Shown here one piece after another: positions 41,222 through 56,767 of a DNA stretch of 64,000 bases. Made by a program: the position numbers and the translations under genes. The notes beneath the pieces were generated by a model. That model was not told where the DNA came from, did not search any database, and worked only from the letters and a program-made list of their open reading frames with translations. How positions within the stretch are numbered: the stretch's first letter is position 1; each line of letters starts with the position of its first letter. This DNA comes from the human T2T-CHM13v2.0 reference genome, Homo sapiens: assembly GCF_009914755.1 (NCBI RefSeq), contig NC_060927.1. One strand, written 5' to 3'.

Positions 41222-43299
41222 GAGCTATTATGAAAGAAGAATTAACAGAATGAATGGATAATCCAAACAAGTGGTAAGAGAAAGAATCAATGATGACAAA
41301 TGTTCTGAACTCTGTAGGCAACTGCATTGTGCTATCTTGATACTTTGTTGACTTAGTAAAACTGGAACTATAAAAAAAAATCATTCAAAATAGGTAAGAA
41401 TAGAAGGAAGGCATTTTAGTGGATTTATCAGTGACCTTGCCCACCGAAGATACTCTGAGTACAATCAGCAAACCTACCATAGTAATAAGGGCAAAATAAA
41501 ATAGGATAATCCACAGAGATGGAAAGTCTGTGCCCTCAGAGTTGGACAATAGCCCTCATCAATTTTCATTTCCCATCAAGTTTCTGTGTTGGGCACTGTG
41601 AAAAGTTAGAGTTCCACAGTTTCTGTCTTGAGGAACTCAAAATCTAATTTTAAAAAATGCATCAAACATGTTCTAACCCTCTAAGAAATTCTGTGACAAG
41701 AAAAGAGGCATAATGTTTGCTCCTTTAGGATTTTCAAGGGGCATTTCTAGTGAAAGCTACATCATCTGGCAATTCAGTTAATATGCAGTGATGCAGTGAC
41801 CTTCACAGTAAGTTCCTTCTTTCTCTTCTTGCCAGAGATGATGACCAATTATAGCAGCTGCAAATGCAAGCAGAAGGAAAAGGTGGGAGAGCTTAAATAG
41901 ATGCTTTTTCACACTCTAGCTTCTTAACAAGGATGAAAGATTCTTAGGCAAATGAAAAAAAAAATAGTGAGGAAGAAAGCCAGGAAAATGCAGAAAAATT
42001 AATGTCATGAAGTGGGCAAGTGGAGGAATGTGAAGCAGCAGAGAAATAAAGGATAGTCTTGCCCTTTGGATCTTGCATGACACGTTTCCCGTTGGGGTGG
42101 ATTCAGAACTTTCCCTCCCTGGAGCACTAGGGAGAAGTTACTGGTATGAGCTGATGGGAGACCATCTGGTGATCACACTGAGGATGAAAAAAGATGTTAT
42201 ATCTTGTGGATAACTTCCAGTCAGGGGTTTTGAAGGTCACTTTATGTGGATATGATGTAGAAAATTGGGAGAGGGCAGGAGCCAATATCCAAGATATTAT
42301 AGAGAGCCTACCATGAACCTTTTATTAACCCCATGAACTGTCACCCACATTTGCTGCTTCCTTTGGGGAACAAATGGCACATTCAGAAGAAATTGGGGTT
42401 TTATTCCTAATGACATAAGTTCTGAGTAACAAACTGAAAGATTTGAAAGCACAGGTGGTGTTTTTATCTCTCGTTCCATGTGATGGCAGTAACTACAGCA
42501 AAGAAGGGAAGCTTTGAGAAACATGCATGCCTATGTAGATGGTATTTAAAAAGTTTTCTGGACTGTGTTCTACAGAGCCAGGATGACGGGCTTCTGGCAA
42601 GGGATGGAGTGCATCTTGTAAGGACTGGGAAGGATATACATTGGCAGAAACCTTGATGATCTATATAGAAAGATTTAAATGAATTTTAAAGTTGAGGGAG
42701 AAAATTAACCCAGTGAAGCCAAAATCAGATATATCAGGCTTTACATAGGTGACATAGAAAAAGAGTGTTATAAATAAAATGTGCTTAGATAACCTTAGGT
42801 TTCAAAAAATACCAAGAATACAGGTTGCAAACAATATTTTTAGGCTTCTTTATAAATAAACCAACAAAAGGCATGTGTAACAAGTAGTGCACTTAAACTT
42901 TTAACACAAGAAGATAAATATAATAGGTAGTCCTGAGACCTCAGGATATTGAGCTCATAACTAGAAAATGGCAATAGAAGAGGATTCTTTGTTGAAAGGA
43001 CTTGTTCTAATGGGAAGAGTGACAGTGTATCAGGATGCTTCACATCTATATGAAATCTACAAACCTGAGGGTAGAACCTTATGCAGAAACAAAATGAAGA
43101 TAAGAGGAACACAGAAATGAGCCATCATGTTAGTGGAGAGGACCATAGTCTGCTCCATCAAATGGAAGATATGGAAAATGCTGTTCTGAGATTATTTCAA
43201 TTCTGGTCAAGGAAAACTATGGTCATAGTGGGAGTCCTCAAGCTCCCTGGAATCTCCTGGAAAAATCTGTGATACTGTAAATGAAATCAGTTAAGTAGG

Positions 43300-43860
43300 T
43301 TAGAGCAAAGGGTTCTATGTGGTAGAATGTGAATCATTGTAGAAAAGTTCAAAAAGTGTAGTTTGTGTATAAACTCCCAAGAACTTTGACCTGTAGATGC
43401 AAGGATATAGACTTTATTCTTAGAGCAGAGAGGAATGTTAAAGGCTTTTGAGTGATAATATAAATTAAAATATAATATCTAAACCAGAGAAATAATAATT
43501 ATACTGTCACTGTTTAGATCACATGTGGAAAATTGCGCCTAATTCTGGAAAATATATTTTTAAAAAGATATTGACAAAATACACCACAATTGTTGGAAGG
43601 CTACCATGATTGTGAAGTTGAAGTAACTGGATATGTTTTGTTTTAAGTAAAGAATGTTTTATGGAAGGCAGGGGTGATGAGTTTGATAGTTGAAGGCTTC
43701 CTATAGATGAAATAAGAATAAAAGGTATAGTGAAGCCAATTTTAGCTTAATTCAGGTGTAACTTCTAACCATGGGTTGCATTTTTATGAGCTGTCCAAAA
43801 CAGAGTGAAGTGCCTTGTGATGTAGTGTGCTTCGTCCCACTGGAGGTTTTCCGATACAGG
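43300..43860 (+). mobile_element. L3/CR1 LINE fragment (boundaries approximate)
   Basis: gatcacatgtggaaaattgcgcctaattctgg...aaagatattgacaaa...ccactggaggttttc resembles the L3 3' region. Confidence 0.55.
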
Positions 43861-43883
43861 CAACCTTTTTTCCTTAGGATTAA

Positions 43884-44213
<330 letters not shown>

Positions 44214-44279
44214 TAAAAACAAATTAATACAAATACAAGCCACCAAGAACAGCTTCTCTGAACTCTACTTTCCCCTCTG

Positions 44280-46075
<1,796 letters not shown>

Positions 46076-46814
46076 GCTATGGAACGAATGCCTTTGTTGG
46101 GCGGATATCAGGCCAGATGATCTCTGAGGTCCCTCTCAACTCTAAGAATGATAAGAGAGGTAGATCAGATGAATATTTATAAGAACACAGGCTCCAGAAC
46201 CACATAACCTGGAACATAACTGAGTACTCTCCTGATAGAATTAGCAAGACTGCCCTGTGCTGGGGGTCACCCTGATTAGCCCCAGCCCAGGGTCTGGCAC
46301 TTTAGAGGAAGCATCTTTTGAGTCAAATTTTGAGTGAGTTCTTTGGACTCTTTTGTATTTTCTTTAATTAAAGAAAGCTAAAAAAAAATTCAGATGAAGC
46401 TATAGGAAACCACTCTTGACAAGAAGAAATGGCAGTCCTTTCTGTGTCCATTTTCCCAGCCCCACTAATTTTCCATGATTTATCCAGCTGGGATCATTAT
46501 CATCACACTGAGCCTGACTATCAGAGGAGGCTTTAACCTTCTCACTCCGTTAGCTGAAATGGAAGGAAGTCTTTTTTTTTCTTTTTAAAAACTCGCTGTT
46601 ATTACAGATAAGATTGGCCTTTTCCAAAGAGATCCGAAAGGCAACAACAAAACAAAAATTAGACAGAAGTGGTATACTGTATGTTGACTTTGTATTCAGC
46701 ATACTGATTTTGAGTCCAAGACAACTCTTCTAGTCACAGACTGCTTTTGATTCAATATAGTATGTTCACTGGTTGCCATTTTTTTCCTTCCCCTTTTTGA
46801 GAAGGAAATGGCCT

Positions 46815-47080
46815 TAATAACAACAACAATAATAACACCTACTGAGTACTTTCTGTGTGCTGGACACTGTTTGAATTATTTTTCTTATGTTAACTTATTT
46901 ATTTCTCACAACATCCCATGAGTTATTAATATATATTTCTAATTCTCATTTATAGATAGGGAATTTGAGGCACAGAGACTAAATGAGTAGCTCAAGTTGA
47001 TGGACCTAGTGAATGGTGGAGCTCATATTCAAGCCCTAGTAGTCTAGCTCCAGAGTCCAGGCTGTCAACCACCCTGCTGT
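46815..47080 (-). mobile_element. MIR
   Basis: ctcatttatagatagggaatttgaggcacagag...ctagtgaatggtggagc core. Confidence 0.65.
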
Positions 47081-49964
47081 GGAGTCTCTTGATTCAAAAG
47101 AACCTCGGATGTCTCTGGGATCAGGCCTGGTGGGGATCAGGCCTCATTTCCATCCCAGAGCCAGTTCCTAGCCCTCTTTCCATGTGTGGATCTGGGTCAT
47201 CCCTCAGACAGCTAGCTGCACATTAGCACTGTGGCTGTAGGACCCCTAAGTGATACTTTTTCCCTCCTTGCCTCTAAGATTTTCATCAGACTATCATGAA
47301 GGGTCACCTTCATGGTCCTCCTTGACATCTTTTTAACCCAAAAGGTGTCTATGCAGCCTCAGGCTGCATATGACTGACTTTTGCCCTTCTCTGCCTGTCC
47401 TCTGGTGTATCTGAAGCACATGTAAGAATGATTGGTGACAGCTGGCTCTGCTCTTTGCTGAAGCTTGGCCTATTTAACAATTGATTTGGCCGGTATCTGG
47501 CCTGAGTCTTCATTTCTATGTTCTAGCACAAAATGGTGGACTATACTTGGCCCAGACCAGATAGTTATTTCATCCCTTTCCTTTTACCTTTTGCTGAAAT
47601 TAAGCTATCACTAATGAAATGTCCTAGCTTTCAAAAATCTACCCCCCTAGTAGTCCCCTATCTCCATATGAGATGTCCCCTTTAGTTCTGATTTCCCCTC
47701 TGCTGGGACATATGATATATTGAAGAAAAGCATAGCATTTGGGGTCAATCTGTTTTTTCCACTTTTGGCCCTGGACCTTGTGAAAATCACTTAAGTTCTC
47801 TGAGCCCCAGAGTTCTTCTCTCTAAAATGAGAGTGACACCTACCCTGAAGAGTGATGTGGAGATTAGAAATAATATATGGAAAGTACCTAATCAAGAATT
47901 TGATTCTCAGGAGATGCTCCATAAATGGCGGTCTCTGTGGCAGCAAATGGTGATCATGTTGGTGCTGGTGGCTGGTAATAGAATATATTTAAGCTTCACT
48001 CCCTTCCAGGCAAAGCTGTTAAGTCCCATGCTGTCATCTCTCAAGATTCAGCATGGTGTGGTCTACTTAGCTATGTGGGAAAGAGTAGGCCTGTGCTTTG
48101 AGATGGCCAGGTGCCAAGAGGACAGATCAGCTGCAGGTACTGACAAACATCATCAAGCGTTAAGTGTTATGGAAGAGATGGGTGCCTTATTTGACCAGTC
48201 AAACAAGGAAAGCCAATAGAGTAATGGTATATCCTGCCTAGGGGCAGGGAACACCCAGCAGCTGGGCATCCAGGAGCCAGTGGTGTTCAGCGACCCAAGG
48301 TGGAGGCTGGACAGTTTGCACCTGGGAGGCTCTTAACAGGTTTCCGGGCTGTAGCTGCTGGGCTGCAATTCAGAGGCAGGATTCTTGGGGTACCTGGTAA
48401 GGTAATGGCTGGCTCTTAGGAACAGGACAAAATTGTGGTTATGGAAACTGAGTACCAGGGGAAGGCTGGGTTGGCTGCCGGTGGAATCTGATATGGAGGA
48501 CAAGTCTGTCAGGGAGATGTGCGATTCCATTTGGTGTATGTCACTGGGCTGGAGCTGAGCCTGCCATGGGGCCCCAGAAAAGGGAGAAAGAAGTAGAGAG
48601 ACACTATGAGCCAAGTGAGAACAGACTCTCCCTTCTAAAGAATTCTCTGCCTAGTGGCCCTCCTCAGAAAGAGTGGAATCACTCAAGTTTCACAAATGTG
48701 ACAACATATTTTACCTTGCACAGTGAGAGTAACACACCAATAGGAAGAATAAAGTTAATGTCTCTCAGAGAGCATTGGCATGGTTTAGAAAGGAAGCAAG
48801 GAAAGCTATTCCAGAGGAAAGCTTTCTTGTCTGCCCAGTATTGATTCTGAAAGCAAACCATTTATTACCATGTCTTCCAATAATTAATCTCAACACAAGT
48901 CAACTTGCCCAGATTAAGAGAAGCAGAATCAACTTCCTTTCTCTTCTCCCTTTCTTTTGTTTCTGTGACACCGTGAGCAGGGTGGGCCTCAGGAATGTGC
49001 TTGCTGCTGGGGAAGCCAGCATTTGTCTACGCTGAAAGAAGAGGGAGCATGTGATGAATTTGCATATAGGAGGAATGTATGCAAATTTCACAAGACTATT
49101 TTGCCTTCACGAAAAGATTTGAAAAAGTATTTGTAAGGTTTTAAACCTATGCTATAAAGACAAACATACAAGAATAACTGATAATAACTATCATTTATTG
49201 AAGGCACGCTTTTACAAGGAATACCTCACTTAATCTTTGAAACAGCTCTATAGATTTACTGTTAATATTTTCCAGATGAGGAATCAGGCTTAGAGAGGAT
49301 CATTCAAGTGGAGGTGGCAAGATGTGAACCCAGGTAGGCTGACCTCAGAGCCTGCACTTCTAGCACACACACAAGAGGAATTAAAAAAACTGGGGTTAGT
49401 CAACCTTCCTTCTGATTTTTTTCTAAAGGAAGTTTCTACTTTATTTATCTTTTTATGTTTAATTACAAAGTTACATATTTTTCAATGTAAAACATACAGA
49501 CAAGCAAAAAGAAACAGAAATAATCCACCCACTTGGTTGTCTAACTAACAGTTGCTAATACTTTCTGTTTATTCTCCCAGTTATTCCTCTGTTTATGTGT
49601 ATATAGGTACATTTAGTAACCAGTTTTTCTCATTTAATGATATAGCCATGGTAATAGATGCATATCTACAATGTTATTTTTCTTTGCTAGTGGCATTTTT
49701 AATATTAAAACTTTATATTCTTTTCCAGATTCTAGTAACTTACAGGCTATTAAAACCAGGTACAGTTATAAGTGTGTAAAGAGAAGCAACATTAGCATTG
49801 AAGACAGAGGGCTGGGTCTAAGCCAAGCATTCGGAATTTCTTCCCAAGAGAAAGCTTCAGAGAATGGCAATTTACAAGAACCCTCCCAAGCCTTTCCAGT
49901 TCCTCATTGTAGGTGTGCATATATTACAGGGCTATGAGGACCTTCTGAGTCCATAAAACCGGCT

Positions 49965-50068
49965 GGGGTGGGGAGTAGTGATGGTGGCAGCAGTGGGGGT
50001 GGGGAGTAGTGATGGTGGCAGCAGTGGGGGTGGGGAGTAGTGATGGTGGCAGCAGCGGTGGTGGGGAG
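49965..50068 (+). repeat. 31-bp G-rich minisatellite, ~3.3 copies
   Basis: Unit ggggtggggagtagtgatggtggcagcagtg at 49965, 49996 and 50027, plus a partial copy. Confidence 0.92.
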
Positions 50069-53000
50069 AGCTTCAGAACAGTAACATTTGTAGCCTCTTT
50101 CTTCCTCCTTCTCCTCTTCCTCTTCCTCCTTCATCCCTTCCTGCTGGTCCAGGTGTGATTTGAGGTGGGCAATGCTTTCCAGCCCCCCTGAGACCTCCAT
50201 GAGGCAAGTACTTCCTGGCCGTGGCATTCAGGGTAATGGGGGCAAATCAGGTTGTGGGGGCTGATGGGTAAGAGATTTGAGAACATGTGGGTAGCTGAGG
50301 CAGCTGGTGCAGGCAATGAGGAAAGGAACCAGCATCAAAGAGCCCTGAGGAAAAGGGCTTCAGGCAGTATATTAAGCAAACCAAAAAATAAACACACATC
50401 ACCAACAAGAGCAACCCACCAGGCAGATCTGTCTTTTTTCTCTGCCAATGAGCAACTGGAGGCATTTTCATAAACCAATTTTGTTCAGAATAAATTTTTA
50501 ACAGGAGAAAAGCCCACTCTCAAGTTGTGACAGGAACAGATCATTACATCTGAGTTATTCCACCTGGAAATGTAGCCAGGTTTGAGACAGAGGGAGCTGA
50601 GATCTTATGGCCTCCTGCAGATACCAGGGGACATCCAAGCCTCATCAGGATTGGTGCCTTTATTTGTCTTGGGATGCACAAGGCATATGCCCAGCTAGCC
50701 CAAGGTACTGCCCTTTGGATTTAAATAGAGATTGGTGCAGCTGTCCTGCTGCAATCTAGGAGCCAACAAAACAAATACTGGCAACTTCAGCTATAATTAC
50801 ATATCTCCATGGTGTTTCACACCATGGGCTATTTTGCACAATATATCTGAGCCTCGGCAATGCCAAATATGGATTGAAATAGCTCCGGTGGACTTTGGCT
50901 CATCACCTGCCTAGAATTTTAAAATATCACCAAGGGAAGGAAGCCATGGAAGAGGCTAAAATGGGAACTCCAAATCCATATGATGGACATGTTTCATTTT
51001 TCTTTTTCTTTAGGAGGCTTTGACCTATGGACTCTTTAGTGTCTTGGGAATTCCCAAGGTCAGTTTCATTTGCTTAAAAAAATACAGCTAAGAGAATAGG
51101 ATTATTTGGATGTAGATCTTGAGTCTGATTCATCCGCTGTAGCTGTCACTCTGATGAAACTTTGCAAGTTTATAAAGTTAGAAAGGTTCAAGGTTTGGAT
51201 ATCCCAGTTACTCTGATTTGATCATTGTGTATTACATACAGGTATCAAAATATCACATTACTCTAAAAATATGTACAACTATTATATAAAATAAATTTTA
51301 AAAAAATTATAGTATAAAGTTTGGGATTTACTCCAAGAAACTACATTTTATCATGACTTCAGGGTGCCAGATGACCTGGACTAAGGATAATTTCCTAGAT
51401 TTTCCCTTTCTTCACTCTATGCCTCACACAAAGATCACTTGAAAAATTAGTGCCACAATCTCCCCATCAACAAAATGGGAGTTGCAGATTCTTCCTGCAT
51501 TTCTTCCTTGTGGGAAGCAACAAGATCCAGTGAGAAGTATACAGGGATTATAATATTTGGATGGGAGGCCAGAGCTACCCCACCTATATGTACAGCTCCC
51601 CTAACCTTGCCAAGCCTCAGTTTCTATGTCTACAAAATGGGAATGATATCTATTCCATTTCAGTTGAAGTAGGCATGCAGTAAGATAATGTACTTAAAAG
51701 TACTTTAAGTCTAGAGCACAGAGCAAATGTAAATTGCCATCATTATTTTTCAGGGGATATGGTGACAGTGGATGAGATCATGTCTGGAACACACCCAGAA
51801 AAGAAGAAAGATATAGAAGAGATTGATGATATTGCCCCATCCCAGGAGTTTCCCAAGAGAGGGAATGTGCTGACCAGTCTCTGAGTTTAACTGAACTCTT
51901 GATGCCCTGGGCTTCTTTCACTGTTTGAGGGCCAGATTCCCATGTGTAGCAGGATTAGCCAGGAAACTTTCCACATTCTAAAGCTAAAGCTAATGATTTA
52001 ATGAGCAAAATCTCTCCCTGTTCTGATGTTTATTTATATAAGTTTAGGTCAGTAGGACTTTGGGGCAAAAGCAGTTGTAAGTGGAAACAGCATGATGCTT
52101 TGCATTTAGAGTTCTCCATCAGTTTCTTTTCCCTGCCCTTCTAATCAGAGAAAAATGGGCAGCCCTGCCCAGTGACCTCTCAACAGCAAGCAGTGTTGCC
52201 CCACTTCAAGACAGCAAGGGAGTGCTACAGTGCTTCTTATATCTACGTTTTGGGGGTTCTGTGAACTTATTTATGCCTAGGTAGATCCTGCCTCCAAGCC
52301 AGCTTGTTCTTGTTTCATTATGTCACCATCCACATTAACACCACTGCTTAATTTTCTTTTTCTCATATGGAGGGTGGATTCATATGGAATTACTTATGGT
52401 TCTTGCCTAGGCTTTTGTGACTGTGAGGATTATGGTATAGTCTGTGGTCATGGAAGATAGCTCTTGGCCTGTGAATGTCAGGAACAGTCAAGAGTTTCAG
52501 AAAATTAGTTGAATGATGGGATGGGAGCCTGAACCTCATGACCCTTCCCTGTCTCATGGTCCAATCTTCAGCTATTTGGATTCTGCCCTTTCCCTGAAGA
52601 GCTTTATGTGGGGAGACTTTGATCTCCTGCAGCTTCTCTGCTCTGAGGAAATGTTGCAATGGCTATGTCTTTTCAGTTAATCTCCTAAGGAAAGGAAGTG
52701 GGAAGAACATGTTCCTGCTTTGAAAGTGGGGAGCCAGAGGTCCCAGATGGCCCTGGGTTTTGGCCGACAGTGCATGGTGAACAGTCCTTAGTGGCTATGT
52801 GGTGTCTCTTTTGTCCTAAAGCAAATCTCCCAATCCAGCCCTGTTTGAGAAGTGTGTGCAGATGGCCTTGTCATTAGCATAGGTCTCCTTCCTCTTGTCT
52901 TTCTCTCCTCTGACTCCCTCCCACCAGCTTTCCACACCAGACAGCCACTCATTAGGGCTTATCCCACAGTGAGGACTGCAGCTGGGGTCTCTGACTCTCA

Positions 53001-54386
53001 AACCGTGCTTCTCTGAGGACAGCTGTTCTGCCTGGAGAGCTGTTAGACACTTCTGCTGTGCTCCCACAGTGAGCTTTCCAAATCTGTACTATTGCCCCTG
53101 CCATTCCCTTTCCTAGTAGACTACTCTTTGGCTTCACATTCTAGGCTTTTAAGTTGGCTCAAAAAGTCACTTCCTGAAAATTTCTCCAGCCTTATCCCTC
53201 CTGCCCTGGTCACTCCTTTACCAAGTATGACCTCAGCATTATATTGCTAATTTGTGCTACTGTCACCCTTCATTTCTTTCATGTCCTTGGGGTCTGTATA
53301 ACTTAATTGTGTAGAGAACCAAGACTTAACCCTAGGCACCTCAAGGAGAAACTTGTCAATTTTTGTTTTTATTGATGATGAACTCTGAAATACAGTTTAT
53401 GTTTTTCCATGCCTTATATACTGAGCATTCTGAACATAATTCACCCCTTTAAAAATGAAGGGGGGTACCTATGGCAATGTCCACAAATCCCAGTCATGAG
53501 CAGAGACACCCTGAGAGCCACTGCAGAAGCTAAGTTTTTCTATTTCTACTCACTGTTGTGTCTCTCCCAACACTACAGTATGGTTCTAGGGCTAGTCTGC
53601 ATTCCACGGGGCCTAATCAGCTACTATACAGTCTCTAGAGCAGCCGTGTGCCTGACACCTACATTTCTGCTGGATGATGATGATGATTTTAACAGTGTAC
53701 CTGAGGAAGGTGAGATACAAGTGGACTTGGCTTTCTAAAGCCATGCTGATAGCCCAATCCTAGAGTGAACCAATGAGACTAGACAAGAGAGGATGATTCT
53801 TCTAGATCTGAGTGTTACCTGTTATCCCTTTCACTTTGCATTACTCCATGTTTGTGTTGCTAATTCTCATTTAAAAGGCCTAAGCATTTAAATCTATATT
53901 AGCTTGTCAGTTTCACACATGGAGGAACCCAAGGTCCAGACTCCCTGCCTGTCATTCTGTGCTGCTGTTAGTTCTATGCCATGACACTAAGGCTTTTGAC
54001 ATTTATATGATGGTGATAGGGAAGGCTTTCAACCAAAACTTACAGTGCCACTTCAGACATAGGCTCTAGGGGTGTGATCAGAGCACCTGCTTCACTTTTA
54101 AGTACTTTCAAATTTGACATGTTTCTTACTTCTGATGGCTGAGGAAAACAATTCAGGGTTATGAATAACTAATGCTGGCATTGTGCCTAGGGAGAATAAT
54201 TTCTAGGACTTCATAGGTGATCATTTTTAGTGAGTTTTTTTTGCATATGTGTGTCATACCAACATCATGTTTCTTCTAAGCTATGATAAGCAATGTCATA
54301 AAGTCCAAACTGAGAAAGGTGTAATGTCTGATGGGGCTACAGAGACATTTTATATGTTTTGTGATTGTATATTTTATTGTATTTCT

Positions 54387-56767
54387 TTTTTTTTTTAATT
54401 TATTTTTTTATTGATAATTCTTGGGTGTTTCTCACAGAGGGGGATTTGGCAGGGTCATGGGACAATAGTGGAGGGAAGGTCAGCAGATAAACAAGTGAAC
54501 AAAGGTCTCTGGTTTTCCTAGGCAGAGGACCCTGCGGCCTTCCGCAGTGTTTGTGTCCCTGATTACTCGAGATTAGGGATTGGTGATGACTCTTAACGAG
54601 CATGCTGCTTTCAAGCATCTGTTTAACAAAGCACATCTTGCACCACCCTTAATCCATTTAACCCTGAGTGGACACAGCACATGTTTCAGAGAGCACAGGG
54701 TTGGGGGTAAGGTCACAGATCAACAGGATCCCAAGGCAGAAGAATTTTTCTTAGTGCAGAACAAAATGAAAAGTCTCCCATGTCTACTTCTTTCTACACA
54801 GACACGGCAACCATCCGATTTCTCAATCTTTTCCCCACCTTTCCCCCCTTTCTATTCCACAAAACCGCCATTGTCATCCTGGCCCGTTCTCAATGAGCTG
54901 TTGGGCACACCTCCCAGACGGGGTGGTGGCCGGGCAGAGGGGCTCTTCACTTCCCAGTAAGGGCCGCCGGGCAGAGGCGCCCCTCACCTCCCGGACGGGG
55001 TGGCTGGCCGGGCGGGGGTCTGACCCCCCCACCTCCCTCCCGGCCGGGGCGGCTGGCCGGGCGGGGGGCTGACCCCCCCACCTCCCTCCCGGACGGAGTG
55101 GCTGGCTGGGCAGAGGGGCTCCTCACTTCCCAGTAGGGGTGGCCAGGCAGAGGCGCCCCTCACCTCCCGGACGGGGCGGCTGGCCGGGTTGGGGGGCTGA
55201 CCGCCCCCACCTCCCTCCCGGACGGGGCGGCTGGCCGGGCGGGGGGCTGACCCCCCCACCTCCCTCCCGGATGGGGTGGCTGGCCGGGCTGAGGGGCTCC
55301 TCACTTCCCAGTAGGGGCGGCCGGGCAGAGGCGCCCCTCACCTCCCGGATGGGGCGGCTGGCCGGGCGGGGGTCTGACCCCCCCACCTCCCTCCCGGACG
55401 GGGCGGCTGGCCGGGCGGGGGGCTGACCCCCCACTTCCCTCCCGGACGGGGTGGCTGGCCGGGCGGGGGGCTGACCCCCCCACCTCCCTCCCGGACGGGG
55501 CGGCTGGCCGGGCAGAGGGGCTCCTCACTTCCCAGTAGGGGCGGCTGGGCAGAGGTGCCCCTCACCTCCCGGACGGGGCGGCTGGCCGGGCGGAGGGCTG
55601 ACCCCCCCACCTCCCTCCCGGACGGGGCGGCTGGCCAGGCGGGGGGCTGACCCCCCCACCTCCCTCCCGGACGGGGCAGCTGGCCGGGCGGGGGGGCTGA
55701 CCCCCCCACCTCCCTCCCGGACGGGGCGGCTGGCCGGGCAGAGGGGCTCCTCACTTCCCAGTAGGGGTGGCCGGGCAGAGGCGCCCCTCACCTCCCGGAC
55801 GGGGCGGCTGGCCGGGCGGGGGGCTGACCCCCCCCACCTCCCTCCCGGACAGCACGGCTGGCCGGGCGGGGGGCTGACCCCCCCACCTCCCTCCCGGACA
55901 GCACGGCTGGCCAGGCGGGGGGCTGACCCCCCCACCTCCCTCCCGGACGGGGCGGCTGCCGGGCGGAGACGCTCCTCACTTCCCAGATGGGGTGGCTGCC
56001 GGGCGGAGGGGCTCCTCATTTCTCAGACGGGGCGGCCGGGCAGAGACGCTCCTCACCTCCCAGACGGGGTCGCGGCCGGGCAGAGGCACTCCTCACATCC
56101 CAGATGGGGCGGCGGGGCAGAGGCGCTCCGCACATCTCAGACGATGGGCGGCCGGGCAGAGACGCTCCTCACTTCCTAGATGTGATGGTGGCTGGGAAGA
56201 GGCACTCCTCACTTCCTAGATGGGATGGCGGCCGGGCGGAGACGCTCCTCACTTTCCAGACTGGGCAGCCAGGCAGAGGGGCTCCTCACATCCCAGACGA
56301 TGGGCGGCCAGGCAGAGACACTCCTCACTTCCCAGACGGGGTGGCGGCCGGGCAGAGGCTGCAATCTCGGCACTTTGGGAGGCCAAGGCAGGCGGCTGGG
56401 AGGTGTAGGTTGTAGTGAGCCGAGATCACGCCACTGCACTCCAGCCTGGGCACCATTGAGTACTGAGTGAACGAGACTCCGTCTGCAATCCCGGCACCTC
56501 GGGAGGCCGAGGCTGGCGGATCACTCGCGATTAGGGGCTGGAGACCGGCCGGCCAACACAGCGAAACCCCATCTCCACCAAAACCAGTCAGGCGTGGTGG
56601 CGCATGCCTGCAATCGCAGGCACTCGGCAGGCTGAGGCAGGAGAATCAGGCAGGGAGGTTGCAGTGAGCCGAGATGGCAGCAGTACAGTCCAGCTTCGGC
56701 TCCGCATGAGAGGGAGACCGTGGAAAGAGAGGGAGACCGTGGGGAGAGGGAGAGGGAGAGGGAGAGG
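54387..56767 (-). mobile_element. Full-length SVA retrotransposon (SVA_E-like), antisense to KALRN
   Basis: From left: poly(T) tail, SINE-R (~54410-54905), GC-rich VNTR (~54905-56350), Alu-like domain, ~4 AGAGGG hexamers (56745-56767). 17-bp TSD tattttattgtatttct at 54370-54386 and 56799-56815. Subfamily from recalled diagnostics (ccaccaaaaccagtcagg, ctccgcatgagaggg, gggtcatggg), less certain than the SVA call. Confidence 0.95.

Noticed and set aside
54905-56350. Repeat array superficially like CRISPR or a CpG-island promoter
   Set aside because: It is the SVA VNTR: tandem units without unique spacers, in a eukaryotic context.
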